DNA from: a virus
Strand: one strand, 5' to 3'
Virus record (IMG/VR): IMGVR_UViG_3300032323_000894
Location: 11,650-75,649 of that record
DNA length: 64,000 nucleotides
In this document: one piece after another, positions 63,306-64,000 of the stretch
Layout of the letters: every line of letters begins with the position of its first letter
Position numbering within the stretch: the first letter of the stretch is position 1
Translations under genes and position numbers: made by a program
Notes under the pieces: generated by a model
What the model was told of the DNA's origin: nothing
What the model saw: only the letters and a program-made list of their open reading frames with translations
The model's database searches: none

Positions 63306-63478
63306 TATGCTTCCTCCTCAATCTGTACTACCTCAACCCATAGTTGATACTTGTTGTCTCTACTTGCTACCTCTAACAGTCTGTCGGTAAGCTCACCTAG
63401 GAAAGCACTGTCAGCTTCATCTTCATTGGCACAATCTGCTACTGCTGTTAGGTTTATTACTGCTTCATACTTTGGCAT
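63305..63478 (-). CDS. Small acidic hypothetical protein
   Basis: Start moved to MPKYE at a TAATG overlap. Confidence 0.55.
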   Translation of the reverse strand: MPKYEAVINLTAVADCANEDEADSAFLGELTDRLLEVASRDNKYQLWVEVVQIEEEA

Positions 63479-63648
63479 TACTCTTCCTCCTCTATCTCGA
63501 ATACATCTACTTGCCCATCCCAAGCATAGTCTGGTTCTCCGTCAGCACTAATGAACTCCCACGCTTCGTCTTCTGTGTCAAAGATGGGAGCCCAAGCTAC
63601 TTTCTCCCACCCAGAACCTGTGTTGCTCATTACTTCGTACCGTGGCAT
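63478..63648 (-). CDS. 56-aa acidic hypothetical protein (MPRYEV...FDTEDEAW)
   Basis: TAATG coupled on both sides. Confidence 0.5.
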   Translation of the reverse strand: MPRYEVMSNTGSGWEKVAWAPIFDTEDEAWEFISADGEPDYAWDGQVDVFEIEEEE

Positions 63649-63860
63649 TACATGTCCTCTCTGTCTCCGTTGATGTTTCCTCTGTCGTGTACCTTCTCGC
63701 AGTGCTCACACTCTACGGTCCAGTTTCCCCAGTCATCATAGTAAGCAAAGGCATTGAAGGTATCTTCATAGCACTCTACGCAGCTGAAGCTTCCATACTC
63801 AAACTCTCCGCTGTCAATACCAGACCCTTTCATCCCTCCTGGGGGGTAGTAATCATTCAC
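63648..63860 (-). CDS. Small acidic zinc-ribbon protein
   Basis: CVEC...CEHC. Confidence 0.55.
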   Translation of the reverse strand: MNDYYPPGGMKGSGIDSGEFEYGSFSCVECYEDTFNAFAYYDDWGNWTVECEHCEKVHDRGNINGDREDM

Positions 63861-64000
63861 GATTCCTCATAACATGAGTTACTTTTGCCATTACAACTCC
63901 GATAATGATTAGCCACACTGACAATCTCCACTGCTCATTGTCAATGGCAAATCCAAACAGCCCTATGAATACTAGGGCAGCAGCTAAGCCGTAGTAGAGA

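Noticed and set aside
1-64000. tRNA genes or genetic-code reassignment
   Set aside because: No cloverleaf was recognised in the short intergenic gaps, and conserved genes read full length with all three standard stops in use. tRNAscan-SE/ARAGORN would confirm.

Overview
This 64 kb window is a fragment of a large contractile-tailed (myovirus-type) phage genome. The host is most likely a low/moderate-GC freshwater actinobacterium, inferred from two WhiB genes, an NrdH with CVQC, an MSMEG_6728-like glycosylase and a leaderless-promoter pattern. Almost all genes lie on the + strand, many coupled by TAATG/ATGA overlaps. Layout: (1) 1-16.1 kb, a fibre/decoration island of Asp-box beta-propeller and Delta-60 repeat proteins, modular Mtd-N/collagen mini-genes, a protein with a probable very long beta-hairpin, three glycosyltransferases and two paralogous KKCVPFLD proteins. 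(2) 16.2-21.1 kb, a neck-like gene, a mosaic virion protein and a run of about 10 tiny, mostly Lys-rich ORFs. (3) 21.2-37.8 kb, the tail and baseplate: sheath, tube, chaperone, M23-bearing tape measure, hub, gp25, J, OB-fold spike, wedge, and a holin-like gene. (4) 37.8-53.5 kb, replication and recombination: an HTH initiator containing iterons, DnaC-like loader, DnaB, primase, SNF2 helicase, SSB, PolA, RecA, WhiB, Cas4-like nuclease, NrdH, RuvC and SpoVS. (5) 53.6-61.8 kb, unknown genes ending in a nucleotidyltransferase / HAD-like / TGT-like cluster. (6) Beyond 61.9 kb, convergent minus-strand small genes. No capsid, portal, large terminase, integrase, tRNA or CRISPR array was recognised. 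The best candidates for undescribed systems are the fibre-plus-modification island, the NTase-HAD-TGT-like module and the Lys-rich micro-protein array. All family assignments come from motif recognition by eye, not database searches.
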